Shown: positions 18,478-28,594, counted from the stretch's first letter. The stretch is 64,000 bases of DNA from an uncultured Cardiobacterium sp. (GCF_938028825.1 NZ_CALIZP010000090.1:13374-77373); one strand, 5' to 3'. The notes: a model not told the origin generated them from the sequence alone. Translations and numbers: made by a program.

Positions 18478-20094
18478 ATGCCCACCCGCACCCTGAAAAT
18501 CCTCGCCACCCTCGCCACCACCTGCCTCCTTGCCCTGTGGCTGATGCAGCAGGGCATTGAGCAATACTGGCAACAAACCTACTACCGCGCCTCACCGCTC
18601 GCCGGCTTACAGCACTTTGCCGTGTGGCGCAGCGGCGACCGCCTCAAACACGCCCTCTACGCCCTGCTCGGCGCGGGCGGCAAAGAAGCGCAGCACGACC
18701 CCGTTACCATCCCGCAAACCCTCGCCGCCAAACCCACGCCCCAACCAAGCCCCACGCCGCCTGCCCCCGTCGCACCGCCGCCTCCGCCCGCACCCGTGCT
18801 GCCCGTGCCGGAAGACAACCACAGCGCCCTGTGGGCAACCCTCGCCCCCGCCGCGCTGCCCGCCATCACCGCCGACACCTACACCGCCCAATACGACCCG
18901 CTCGCCCTGGCCCGCCTGCGCCCGCTCGCGGACGAAACAGCGGCAGAAGCATCACCCCTTGCCGACAACGACGAAACAGCGGCAGAAGAAACCCTCATCG
19001 CCGCCGACGACAGCGACGACAACAGCGACTCCGGCGACATCGCCACCGGCGACAGCGACGGCGAAGCAGACGACAACGACTGGCACCGCGCCCTCGCCGC
19101 CGCCCTCGCCGCACAACACCCCATCCACGCCCGCACCTACCTCGGCGACAACGACGGCTGGCACACCAACATCATCAACCGCACCCCGGCATACGCCTTC
19201 GCCGAACCTGTTGCCGACCCCGTGCCCGGCAGCCTGCTCGACCTCGTCATCCCCGGTGCCACCGCCGCGCCAACCCCGCCCCTCATCTGGCAAGACGAAG
19301 ACGGCGATGCCGCAGATGCCGCAGACGACGCCGCGCTATCCGCCGACACAAGCGACGACACCGCACTATCTGCCGATGCAAGCGACGACACCGCCCCGCC
19401 TGTCGCCACAAACGGCGACAACGGCGACACCCAACCTCCCGCCGGCCCCGGCGACGCCATCCACCTCGGCGCGGACGACCGCGTCCTGCTCATCGGCGAC
19501 TCCATGATGAAATCGCTGGCGCCGCACATCCAGCGCGAACTGCTGAGCCGCCATCACATCAAAAGCATGAACCACGGCAAGCCCAGCAGCGGCCTGCGCT
19601 ACCCCGCCTACTACAACTGGCCGGAAAACCTCGGCACCCTGCTTGATGAAAACCCGGACGTGCGCCTCATCGTCGTCATGCTCGGCGCGAACGACCCGCA
19701 AAACACGCCGAACCCTGCCGCGCCAAAAGAAAACCTGCACTTCGGTACCCCCGAATGGGAAACCTACTACCGGGGCGAAATCCGCAAAATCCTCACGATT
19801 GCCGCCGCGCACAATGTCAAAACCCTGTGGATAGGCCCGCCGCTGATGAAAAGCCCGAAATACAGCAACAAAATCAGCTATCTGGACAGCCTCATCGCCG
19901 ACGAAGTCGGAAAAGCCGAGCAGCACTACCAGAACACCAACCGCCTGTTTGCAAAAAGCGACGGCAGCTACACCGCCTACCTGCCGGACGAGAGCGGCAA
20001 ACCCGTGGCGGTGCGCAAAAGCGACGGCATCCACTTCACCACCCAGGGCGAAAAAATCCTCACCCGCCACATCCTCGCCCGCATCAATCCCTGA
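18478..20094 (+). CDS. SGNH/GDSL (PatB/DUF459-like) O-acetyltransferase with long low-complexity linker
   Basis: N-terminal anchor then YWQQTY; GDSMM, SSGL.YP.YYNWP, LGAND, DGIH; follows the MBOAT gene. Confidence 0.8.
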   Translation: MPTRTLKILATLATTCLLALWLMQQGIEQYWQQTYYRASPLAGLQHFAVWRSGDRLKHALYALLGAGGKEAQHDPVTIPQTLAAKPTPQPSPTPPAPVAPPPPPAPVLPVPEDNHSALWATLAPAALPAITADTYTAQYDPLALARLRPLADETAAEASPLADNDETAAEETLIAADDSDDNSDSGDIATGDSDGEADDNDWHRALAAALAAQHPIHARTYLGDNDGWHTNIINRTPAYAFAEPVADPVPGSLLDLVIPGATAAPTPPLIWQDEDGDAADAADDAALSADTSDDTALSADASDDTAPPVATNGDNGDTQPPAGPGDAIHLGADDRVLLIGDSMMKSLAPHIQRELLSRHHIKSMNHGKPSSGLRYPAYYNWPENLGTLLDENPDVRLIVVMLGANDPQNTPNPAAPKENLHFGTPEWETYYRGEIRKILTIAAAHNVKTLWIGPPLMKSPKYSNKISYLDSLIADEVGKAEQHYQNTNRLFAKSDGSYTAYLPDESGKPVAVRKSDGIHFTTQGEKILTRHILARINP

Positions 20095-20137
20095 GCGGCG
20101 CGCCCCGCCCGCTGCCGGGCCAACCGTAGCCAGTCGG

Positions 20138-21106
20138 TCAGTCCGGCACAATCACATCATCAATGGGGCGGCGGCGCGAACAGGCGGCCTTGCGGGCATA
20201 GCCGATGCGCAGCAGGATTTGCGGATGGTGGCCGTCAATGGGCAAGTTTTCCCGCAACCCGGCGCGCAGGGCTGCCACTTCGCAAGGCTGGTTCAGGAAG
20301 GCGGTGGCGATGCCCGCCGCCGTGGCGCGCAAAAGCAGGCGTTGCAGAACGCGGCCTGCCGCAACATGCGCGGCATGGTCGTCGCTGCCGCTCGTTATCA
20401 ACAGCAGGTGCGAGGCGGCGGCAAGGTGTTTCGCGTCGGTCCTGTTTTGGGTTCTGGCGTTCAGCATGACGCGAACGATGATTTTGGCCAGCCAGCGCGG
20501 CAGGTCGGGCGCACCCAGTACGGCATTGCTGAGGCCGTCGCCCGTGCGCTCGCTGTCGGCCCGGTTGTAGCGTATCCACGTCAGCAGTTCCCTTTTGAAG
20601 GCGCGGTCGTGCATTTGCACCTCGTTGCCGCGCCGCACCGCGTCGGCCAGCAGGCGGTAGGCGGCGGTGTCGCGGGCAAAGGCATGAACAGGCGTTGCTG
20701 CCGTCGCTTCGCCGAGCAGGGTTTGCAGGCTGTCCGCCGCGACGGTGCGGCCGTCGCCGGTCGTGCGGTTGGTCTGGCGGTGCGGGATGCAGGCGGCGAG
20801 CGGGTCGGGGCGGATGGCGTCATCGCGGCGGAGTTGCACGGCAATGCTGCCGTCGGGGTCGAGCGTGGCCGTTGCCGCGTAATGCAGGGTAGTGGCGTAC
20901 AGGCAGAGGTTTTCCAGCGCGCAGCCGAGGCTGATGAAGCCTTCGCGGTTGCCGCCATCCACGGCGGGCAGGGCGCGGCTGTCGTCGGGCAGGATGGTGA
21001 TGCCGCCGGCGGTCGGGCGGAACCGCCAGGGCTGGCTGTTGTGTCCCGAAGGCGCGCGGGTGGCGGCGGCGACGAGCAGGCGGAAATCGGTATCGTGGGC
21101 GTACAT
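20138..21106 (-). CDS. Acg-family nitroreductase-like FMN protein
   Basis: ATRAPSGHNSQPWRF, LGCALENL, RQTNR, GRVLQR, LLRIGY. Confidence 0.85.
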   Translation of the reverse strand: MYAHDTDFRLLVAAATRAPSGHNSQPWRFRPTAGGITILPDDSRALPAVDGGNREGFISLGCALENLCLYATTLHYAATATLDPDGSIAVQLRRDDAIRPDPLAACIPHRQTNRTTGDGRTVAADSLQTLLGEATAATPVHAFARDTAAYRLLADAVRRGNEVQMHDRAFKRELLTWIRYNRADSERTGDGLSNAVLGAPDLPRWLAKIIVRVMLNARTQNRTDAKHLAAASHLLLITSGSDDHAAHVAAGRVLQRLLLRATAAGIATAFLNQPCEVAALRAGLRENLPIDGHHPQILLRIGYARKAACSRRRPIDDVIVPD

Positions 21107-21255
21107 GTTGACCTCTCTTGCAGTTGCGGCGGCGTCATTAAAGCACTTTTCGGCGGCATTGATGCACGGCGCTCATAACCCCTAACGACGCCGCCCGGTT
21201 TATCCGCCTGCCGCCGCTGCCTACAATGCCCGCCCCAATCACCACCGGAGCCCCC

Positions 21256-22467
21256 ATGCCCGCCAACAAACGCACCCTGACCTTTCTCATCATCCTCAGC
21301 GCGCTGATGGCCTTCACCTCGCTTTCGGTGGACAGCTACCTGCCCGCCCTGCCGCTGATGAGCCGTGACCTCGGCGGCGATGCCGAGCTGACCGTTACCG
21401 GCTTCCTCGCCGGTTTCGCCATCGCCCAGCTCGTCTGGGGCCCCATCAGCGACCGCATCGGGCGGAAAATCCCGCTCTTCACCGGCATGGCGCTCTTCGT
21501 CATCGGCTCCATCGGCTGCGCCACCGCCGACAGCCTCGAAGCCATCGTCGCCTGGCGCGTCTTTCAGGCGGTGGGTGCCTGCGTCGGGCCGATGCTGTCG
21601 CGCGCCATGATCCGCGACCTCTTCGGCGCGACCCGCGCGGCGCAGATGCTCTCAACCCTGGTGCTGTTCATGGCCGCCGCGCCCATCGTCGGCCCGCTCA
21701 TCGGCGGCTTCCTGCTGAAAATCGCCGACTGGCACGCCAACTTCTGGCTGCTCGCCGTCATCGGCGTCATCATGTTCGCCGCCGTCTCGCGCCTGCCGGA
21801 AAGCCTGCCGCCGCAGCGGCGCGGCACGGGCAGCCTCGCCGGGGCATTCGCCAACTACGCCGCCCTGCTCGGCAACCGCGCCTTCATGCGCTACACCCTC
21901 TGCGTTACCGCCTTCTATGTCGCCGCCTACGCCTTTATCACCGGCTCGCCCAAAGTCTATATCGGCCGTTTCGGCATCGATCCCGCCCGCTACGGCCTCT
22001 GGTTCGGCGTGAACATCCTCGGCGTGATGCTCCTCAGCGCCGCCAACCGCCGCCTGGTGCGCCATTTCCCGCTCGACCGCCTGCTGCGTGGCGCAACCCT
22101 CGCCGCCACCGCTGCCGCCATCCTCCTCGCCGTCCTCGCCTGTCGCGGCACAGGCAGCATCTGGGGCATCGCCCTGCCGGTCTTCCTCATGTTCAGCATG
22201 AACGGCATCATCGCGAGCTGCGCCAACGCCGCCGCGCTGGCCGCAGTGGAAAGCCGCATGGCCGGTTCCGCCGCCGCCCTCATCGGCTCCCTGCAATACG
22301 GCAGCGGCATCCTCTCCACCCTGCTCCTCACCCGCTTCGCCGACGGCACACCGTGGCCGATGGCGGCCATCATCACCGTTTTCGTCGCCCTCAGCGCTGT
22401 GACGGCGTGGGCGGGCAGCCATAAAAATGCCCGGCCGGGGCCGGGCGTTGCCCGGACAGGCGGTTAG
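21256..22467 (+). CDS. Bcr/CflA-family MFS efflux transporter
   Basis: DSYLPALP, GPISDRIGRK, LPESLP. Confidence 0.9.
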   Translation: MPANKRTLTFLIILSALMAFTSLSVDSYLPALPLMSRDLGGDAELTVTGFLAGFAIAQLVWGPISDRIGRKIPLFTGMALFVIGSIGCATADSLEAIVAWRVFQAVGACVGPMLSRAMIRDLFGATRAAQMLSTLVLFMAAAPIVGPLIGGFLLKIADWHANFWLLAVIGVIMFAAVSRLPESLPPQRRGTGSLAGAFANYAALLGNRAFMRYTLCVTAFYVAAYAFITGSPKVYIGRFGIDPARYGLWFGVNILGVMLLSAANRRLVRHFPLDRLLRGATLAATAAAILLAVLACRGTGSIWGIALPVFLMFSMNGIIASCANAAALAAVESRMAGSAAALIGSLQYGSGILSTLLLTRFADGTPWPMAAIITVFVALSAVTAWAGSHKNARPGPGVARTGG

Positions 22468-22536
22468 GGTCTGCTGACACCCGGCAAGGCGGCTTTTTGA
22501 CCAAAACCCGCTGCGCAGGCCGAATGTCAACAATTC

Positions 22537-22875
22537 CTAATGGCCGGACATGGACGATGCCGTATTGAGCAGCACCACACCAAGCACAATCAGGGCAATA
22601 CTGACGACGCCCATCACATCCGCCTTCTGCCCGAAGACAAACACACTGATCAGCGCGGCCAGCACCAGCCCCAGCCCCGCCCAGACCGCGTAAGCGGTAC
22701 CAAGCGGCATCGTTTTCAACGCCAGCGCCAGCGCCCAGAAACACAGACCAAAACCGGCCACCACACCGAGCGTCGGCCACAACTTGCTGAACCCGTCGCT
22801 CAACTTCAACATTGTCGAGCCGAACGTCTCGCACACAATCGCCAGCATCAAAAATACCCAGTGCATATGCATCAT
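22537..22875 (-). CDS. SMR multidrug efflux transporter (EmrE/QacE-like)
   Basis: AIVCETFGS, KLSDGF, PLGTAYAVWAGLG; four TM helices. Confidence 0.9.
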   Translation of the reverse strand: MMHMHWVFLMLAIVCETFGSTMLKLSDGFSKLWPTLGVVAGFGLCFWALALALKTMPLGTAYAVWAGLGLVLAALISVFVFGQKADVMGVVSIALIVLGVVLLNTASSMSGH

Positions 22876-22902
22876 TTACCTCCGTTATACAAAGCAAGTG
22901 TA

Positions 22903-22918
22903 ATCATATCAATATGAT
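22903..22918. promoter_or_regulatory. Palindromic candidate operator upstream of the SMR gene
   Basis: ATCATAT-CA-ATATGAT. Confidence 0.45.
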
Positions 22919-23064
22919 AAACACGGGAACAGCCTTGCATTCTCCCAAAAAACCTGCGCACCGGGCAAAAGACCAACGCCTCCGCCCGCATCTGCGGACA
23001 GCGTCGTTCGACACGGATATCCGCAATCCCGGCAGATGAGAAATCCCTGATAGTCAAAGATAAA

Positions 23065-23088
23065 CCTCCTCCCGCTTGCGGGGTGGGG
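23065..23088. repeat. REP-like GC palindrome (CCTCCCGCTTGCGGG family)
   Basis: Similar units at 25137-25164 and 35314-35337, more degenerate at 25192-25219 and 62094-62128. Confidence 0.55.
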
Positions 23089-23291
23089 TAAACGGCAGCA
23101 CCGCCCAAAATGGGGAAGCCGTGCGCCGAAAATGCGCGGCAGGCGGCAAAATTAGGCGAAAAAATTTACTTTCCCGCGCGTTACGGCTTTTTTTGCCTGT
23201 GTGAAGCCGCTATACTTTCCCCAGTCCACAAACGGAAAAACACACGTTTGTGGCTTGAAATCAAACATCTATCCAAACAAGGTGAACATGT

Positions 23292-24887
23292 ATGGCAATC
23301 CAAACCCCCAATTTCCTTGACCTTTCCCCCTACGGTATCCACAAGCAGGCCTACCGCAACCTCTCGCCATCCGCACTCTACAAAGCCGCATTGCAGGCGG
23401 GCGATGAATCCGTGATTTCCTCCACAGGGGCATTGATCGCCTTCTCCGGCGTGAAAACCGGCCGTTCACCGAAAGACAAGCGCATCGTGAAAAACCCTGC
23501 CTCGGAAAACGACATCTGGTGGGGCAAAATCAACATCCCCTTCCCGCCGGAATCGCACGCCGCCAACCGCAGCCGCGCGGTGAAATTCCTCAACGAAGCC
23601 GACAGCGTGTACGTCCTCGACGGCTACGCCGGCTGGGACGAAAAATACCGCCTGAAAATCCGCGTCATCACCACCCGCCCGTATCACGCGCTCTTCATGC
23701 ACAACATGCTCATCCGCCCGACCGATGCCGAACTGGCCGCCTTCGGCGAGCCGGACTACGTCATCTACAACGCCGGACACAAACCCGCCGACCGCACCGT
23801 CGTCGGCGTGACCAGCACCACCTCCGTCTCGCTCTCCTTTGAAGAACGCGACATGGTTATCCTCGGCACCGAATACGCGGGCGAAATGAAAAAAGGCGTG
23901 TTCACCATCATGAACTACCTCATGCCGAAACAGGGCGAGCTCTCCATGCACTGCTCCGCCACCGCCGAACAGGGCGGCGAACGCTCCGCCGTGCTTTTCG
24001 GCCTCTCCGGCACCGGCAAAACCACCCTCTCCGCCGACCCGAACCGCAACCTCATCGGCGACGACGAACACGTCTGGACCGAAGACGGCATCTTCAACAT
24101 CGAAGGCGGCTGCTATGCCAAAGTCATCGACCTCTCCGCCGAAAAAGAACCGGAAATCTTCGGCGCCATCAAATTCGGCACCGTGCTGGAAAACGTCGCC
24201 TACGACGAACACTATGTCGTGCAGTACGACTACACCCCGCTGACCAGCAACACCCGCGCCAGCTACCCGATCGAATACATCAGCAACGCGCGTATCCCCT
24301 GCAAGGCCGGGCAACCGACGGACATCGTCTTCCTCACCTGCGACGCCTTCGGCGTGCTGCCGCCGGTCTCCCGCCTCAACCCGGCCCAAGCGATGTACCA
24401 CTTCATCAGCGGCTACACCGCGAAAGTGGCCGGCACCGAAGTCGGCGTGACCGAGCCGGAAGCCACCTTCTCCGCCTGCTTCGGCGCACCGTTCATGGTT
24501 TGGCACCCGGCCAAATACGCCGAACTCCTCGCCGAAAAAATGAAAAAACACAACACCAATGTCTGGCTCATCAACACCGGCTGGGCAGGCGGTGCCTACG
24601 GTGTCGGCGAACGCATCAAGCTCAAATACAGCCGCGCCATCATCGACGCCATCAACAGCGGCGCACTGGCGAAAATGCCGACCGAGGCCGATCCCGTCTT
24701 CGGCTTTGCCGTCGTCACCGAATGCCCGAACGTCCCGGCGGAAATCCTCAAACCGCGCAACGCGTGGGCAGACAAAGCCGCCTACGACGCCCAGGCGAAA
24801 AAACTGGCGAAAATGTTCAACGACAACTTCGCGCAATTCGCTGATGGTGCAAGCGCGGAAGTCAAAGCCGCCGCCCCGAAAGCCTGA
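23292..24887 (+). CDS. pckA: Phosphoenolpyruvate carboxykinase (ATP)
   Basis: TGRSPKDK, YAGEMKK, GLSGTGKTT, LIGDDEH, NIEGGCYAK. Confidence 0.97.
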   Translation: MAIQTPNFLDLSPYGIHKQAYRNLSPSALYKAALQAGDESVISSTGALIAFSGVKTGRSPKDKRIVKNPASENDIWWGKINIPFPPESHAANRSRAVKFLNEADSVYVLDGYAGWDEKYRLKIRVITTRPYHALFMHNMLIRPTDAELAAFGEPDYVIYNAGHKPADRTVVGVTSTTSVSLSFEERDMVILGTEYAGEMKKGVFTIMNYLMPKQGELSMHCSATAEQGGERSAVLFGLSGTGKTTLSADPNRNLIGDDEHVWTEDGIFNIEGGCYAKVIDLSAEKEPEIFGAIKFGTVLENVAYDEHYVVQYDYTPLTSNTRASYPIEYISNARIPCKAGQPTDIVFLTCDAFGVLPPVSRLNPAQAMYHFISGYTAKVAGTEVGVTEPEATFSACFGAPFMVWHPAKYAELLAEKMKKHNTNVWLINTGWAGGAYGVGERIKLKYSRAIIDAINSGALAKMPTEADPVFGFAVVTECPNVPAEILKPRNAWADKAAYDAQAKKLAKMFNDNFAQFADGASAEVKAAAPKA

Positions 24888-24906
24888 GCGGCCTGCGGCA
24901 CACCAG

Positions 24907-24933
24907 ACACCGCCCGCCCGGGCGGTGTTTTTT
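24907..24933 (+). terminator. pckA terminator
   Basis: ACACCGCCC-GCCC-GGGCGGTGT-TTTT. Confidence 0.8.
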
Positions 24934-25084
24934 ATAGTCGTTTCAAATAGAACCGATACGGTGTTGGCACGCCTGACCGGGCACCCATAAAAATCGCTGC
25001 GCGATTTTTATGGGAAACCCGCGCCGTACTATCTGTACTGCCTGCGGCGCGCCGCCTTGTCGCATTCCTGTTTGATACGCAACC
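24933..25084 (-). mobile_element. Correia-like MITE, long (~150 bp) form with an internal hairpin
   Basis: TATAGTCGTTTCAAATAG terminus; core GCCGTACTATCTGTACTG..TGCGGC..GCCTTGT; internal CCCATAAAAATCGC/GCGATTTTTATGGG. Confidence 0.85.
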
Positions 25085-25237
25085 CTCATACGCGGCAAAA
25101 AACCGCAAACCCGGCGGACACTTGCGCGACATCAAACTCTTCCCCCGCCTGCGGGAGGAAGGGCTTCCTTCATGAACCGGCTTCACTGCAACCTCCCGCG
25201 CGCACGATGCGGGAAGGGGCGCAGGCGGTGTGTCGAT

Positions 25238-25268
25238 AAAAAAAAACGCTGCCGCAGCAGCGTTTTTT
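25238..25268 (-). terminator. glpD terminator (bidirectional)
   Basis: AAAAAAACGCTGC-CGCA-GCAGCGTTTTTT. Confidence 0.8.
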
Positions 25269-25289
25269 CCCGTGCAGGGTGATGCAGGT

Positions 25290-26846
25290 TCAGAAGTGGT
25301 ACTGCTTCGCCAGTTCGCGGAAGGCGGCGGTCTGTTCGCTGATCCAGGTTTCGCCTTTGCCGAGTTCGGCGGCGATGTAGCGGGCGACGTCTTCGGCGGA
25401 TTCGGCGGCGGCGCGGGCGTCCAGGAAGAGGAGACGGATGCGGCGCGCCAGCACGTCTTCCAGGGTTTGCGCCATTTCTTCGCGCACCGCCCACAGCGCT
25501 TCGGCGTAGAGGAAGGGGTGATTCGGGTGGATTTTGCTGCCAGCTTTGCTGTCGGCGGCGGCAAGCGCTTCGATGGCGGCGCGGTCACTGCCGTAGAAGC
25601 CGAGGTGGCTTTTTTCGTCTGCTGCCTGGTGACCGTGGATTTTCAAGTCAACAGTTTTGCATTCTTTGGCAGGCAGGACGTTTTCTTTGATGGCAGCGTC
25701 CACAGCGTCTTCGGCCATTTGCCGGTAGGTCGTCCATTTGCCGCCGATGATGTCCACCATACCGGACGGGGTAACGTGCACTTTGTGGCTGCGCGAGACT
25801 TCTTTGGTGCTCTTGCCGCCGCCTTTCGGCGCAGCGAGTGGGCGCAAGCCGACGAAGACGCTTTTGATATCGGCGCGGGTCGGCGCTTTGACGAGGTAGT
25901 CTTTGGCGGTGTTCAGGATGAAGTCGATTTCTTTGTCGAGTGGTTTGGGTTCGTATTCGGCGTGTTTGACGAGGGTATCGGTGGTGCCGATGACGAGTTT
26001 GTCATGCCACGGCACAGCGAAGAGAACGCGGCCATCGGAGGTTTTCGGCACCATCAGTGCGCTTGCACCGGGCAGGAAGGCGCGGTCAATGACGATATGT
26101 ACGCCCTGGCTGGGGACGACGCTGTCCATGTCGTCGGGGTTATCCATCGCGTTGATTTCGTTGGTGAAGACGCCGGTAGCGTTGACGACGCATTTGGCTT
26201 TGATGTCGAAGGTGTCGCCGCCGAGAGTGTCGCGGGCGGTCACGCCGCAGATTTTGCCGGCGTCGTTTTTGGCAAGACCGGTCACTTCGCAATAGTTGAC
26301 GACGGCGGCACCGTGGTCAATGGCGGTTTGCGCAAGGTTGACGGCGAGACGGGCGTCGTCAAACTGACCGTCGTAGTAGCAGACGCCATTGCGCAGTTTT
26401 TCGGGTTTGACGCCCTGCAGCAGGCGGTTAGCTTCGTCTTTGCCGAGGTAGCGGGTGTGGCCGATGCCGAGTTTGCCGGCGAGACGGTCATAGAGCCACA
26501 GGCCGAAGGTGTAGTACGGCGCGGTCCACCATTTTTCGCCCGGGATGATGAAGGCTTCGCTTTTGAAGAGGTGCGGCGCGTTTTTGCCGAGGCGGCCACG
26601 TTCGCGCAGAGCCTCACGCACGAGGGCGACATCGCCCTGGGCGAGGTAGCGCACGCCGCCGTGCACAAGTTTGGTGCTACGGCTGGAGGTGCCTTTGGCG
26701 AAGTCCATGCGTTCGAGGAGCAGGGTTTTGAAGCCGCGTGTGGTAGCGTCCACGGCAATGCCGAGACCGGTCGCGCCGCCACCGATGACGACGACATCCC
26801 ATTCTTCTCCGCTTTTGGCGCGTTCGAGTTGTTCTTGTCTTTTCAT
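25290..26846 (-). CDS. glpD: FAD-dependent glycerol-3-phosphate dehydrogenase/oxidase
   Basis: GGGATG, GTSSRSTKLVHGGVRYL, GGKWTTYR. Confidence 0.9.
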   Translation of the reverse strand: MKRQEQLERAKSGEEWDVVVIGGGATGLGIAVDATTRGFKTLLLERMDFAKGTSSRSTKLVHGGVRYLAQGDVALVREALRERGRLGKNAPHLFKSEAFIIPGEKWWTAPYYTFGLWLYDRLAGKLGIGHTRYLGKDEANRLLQGVKPEKLRNGVCYYDGQFDDARLAVNLAQTAIDHGAAVVNYCEVTGLAKNDAGKICGVTARDTLGGDTFDIKAKCVVNATGVFTNEINAMDNPDDMDSVVPSQGVHIVIDRAFLPGASALMVPKTSDGRVLFAVPWHDKLVIGTTDTLVKHAEYEPKPLDKEIDFILNTAKDYLVKAPTRADIKSVFVGLRPLAAPKGGGKSTKEVSRSHKVHVTPSGMVDIIGGKWTTYRQMAEDAVDAAIKENVLPAKECKTVDLKIHGHQAADEKSHLGFYGSDRAAIEALAAADSKAGSKIHPNHPFLYAEALWAVREEMAQTLEDVLARRIRLLFLDARAAAESAEDVARYIAAELGKGETWISEQTAAFRELAKQYHF

Positions 26847-27019
26847 GTTGTACTTTCTCCAATTTTTCTCTGAATTTAACCGGCTGTTCCGGAAAACAAG
26901 CGGTATTTTAACACTGCATCCTCAAAGTCATCACAGAATATGTAAAAAGTTAACGACAAATCCACATCACCTCGTGCTTTCGTTACAATGATCTCCCATT
27001 TGTTTGTGAAGGATTTGTT

Positions 27020-28393
27020 ATGCGTACTCTCGCCCTGATTCTCGCGGCCGGCCAAGGCACGCGGATGCGTTCCGCCCAGGCCAAGGTGCTGCAACCCGTC
27101 GGCGGCAAGGCCATGATCGTGCATTTGCTGGAAACGTTGCAGGCGCTCGCCCCTGAGCGCACGGCGGTGGTGTTCGGGCATCAGGGCGGGCAGTTGCGCG
27201 CCTGCATCGGACCCGCCTGGCCGCAGGTGCAGTGGATTGAGCAGCGCGAGCAACGCGGCACGGGTCATGCGGTGCAGATGGCAATGGCAGAAATCGCCCA
27301 GGCCGGGCGGGTGTTAATCCTCTTCGGCGATACGCCGCTGGTGCGCGCCGCAACCTTGCAGCGGCTGCTGGATGCGTCGCAGGCAAGCGGCTTCGCCCTG
27401 CTTTCCGCCGTGGTGGACAACCCCTTCGGCTATGGGCGCATCGTGCGCGACGCCGCCGGCAGCGTCAGCGCGGTAGTCGAGGAGAAGGATGCGAGCGCAG
27501 CGCAGCGGGCAATTACCGAGATCAACACCGGCATGATGGTAGTCGCGAGCGGTCTGCTTGCTACCTATCTGCCGCAGTTGCAGAACAACAACGCGCAGGG
27601 CGAATACTATCTGCCCGACCTTGTCGCCCTGCACCACGCGGCGGGTGGCGAAATCAGCGCCGTTATCGCCGATGACGCCGAGGAAACGATGGGCATCAAC
27701 ACCCGTGCGCAGCAGGCGCAGGCGGAAGCGGTGTACCGCCGCCGTCAGGCACAGGCACTGCTGGATGCGGGCGTGACGCTGATTGATCCCGCACGGCTTG
27801 ACGTGCACGGCAGCCTCAGCGCCGGACGCGACGTGGTGATCGAGGCCAATGTCGTCATCAAGGGTACGGTCAGCCTCGGCGACAACGTCTATATCGAAAG
27901 CGGCTGTGTGCTCGATAACTGCACCATCGGCGCAGGCGCACGCGTGTACAGCCATTCCCGCCTCGAACATTGCGAAGTCGGGGCGAACGCGCAAGTCGGC
28001 CCCTTCGCCCGTCTGCGCCCGAAAACCGTGCTCGATGAAGGCGTGCGCATCGGCAACTTCGTCGAAACCAAAGCGGCGACCATCGGCAAGGGCAGCAAAA
28101 TTAACCATCTGAGCTACATCGGCGACGCCACTATCGGCAGCGCAGTCAACATCGGCGCAGGCACCATCACCTGCAACTACGACGGCGCGAACAAATATCG
28201 CACCACCCTCGGCGACCGCGTTTTCATCGGCTCGAACAGCGCCCTCGTCGCGCCGGTCAACATCGGCGACGGCGCGACCATCGGCGCCGGCTCAGTCATC
28301 ACCAAAGACGTGCCCGCCGAGCAGCTCGCCCTCACCCGCAGCGAGCAGAAAACCATCAGCGGCTGGCAAAGACCGGTGAAAAAGGCAAAATAA
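27020..28393 (+). CDS. glmU: Bifunctional UDP-GlcNAc pyrophosphorylase/acetyltransferase
   Basis: LAAGQGTRMRS, NNAQGEYYL, hexapeptide repeats, TCNYDG. Confidence 0.97.
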   Translation: MRTLALILAAGQGTRMRSAQAKVLQPVGGKAMIVHLLETLQALAPERTAVVFGHQGGQLRACIGPAWPQVQWIEQREQRGTGHAVQMAMAEIAQAGRVLILFGDTPLVRAATLQRLLDASQASGFALLSAVVDNPFGYGRIVRDAAGSVSAVVEEKDASAAQRAITEINTGMMVVASGLLATYLPQLQNNNAQGEYYLPDLVALHHAAGGEISAVIADDAEETMGINTRAQQAQAEAVYRRRQAQALLDAGVTLIDPARLDVHGSLSAGRDVVIEANVVIKGTVSLGDNVYIESGCVLDNCTIGAGARVYSHSRLEHCEVGANAQVGPFARLRPKTVLDEGVRIGNFVETKAATIGKGSKINHLSYIGDATIGSAVNIGAGTITCNYDGANKYRTTLGDRVFIGSNSALVAPVNIGDGATIGAGSVITKDVPAEQLALTRSEQKTISGWQRPVKKAK

Positions 28394-28461
28394 ACAACAT
28401 GCTAACGCACAACATGAAAAGCACCTTGCAAACGCATGAAAAATCCCTAAAATGCGCCGCT

Positions 28462-28565
28462 GGTCTGCATTGGCGCTTCGCAACGATCAGCCGCAAACCC
28501 CGTCAGGTCCGGAAGGAAGCAGCGGTAGTGGTGAAATCGGGTGCCGGAGTAAGCTGGTGCAGGCC
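28462..28565 (+). ncRNA. ffs: SRP RNA (4.5S)
   Basis: TCAGGTCCGGAAGGAAGCAGC helix-8 signature; terminal pairing GGTCTGCA/TGCAGGCC; promoter TTGCAA(28426)-16-TAAAAT; classic position upstream of dnaX. Confidence 0.95.
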
Positions 28566-28594
28566 TTTTTCTATTTATAAGCAGCAAAAATCCC

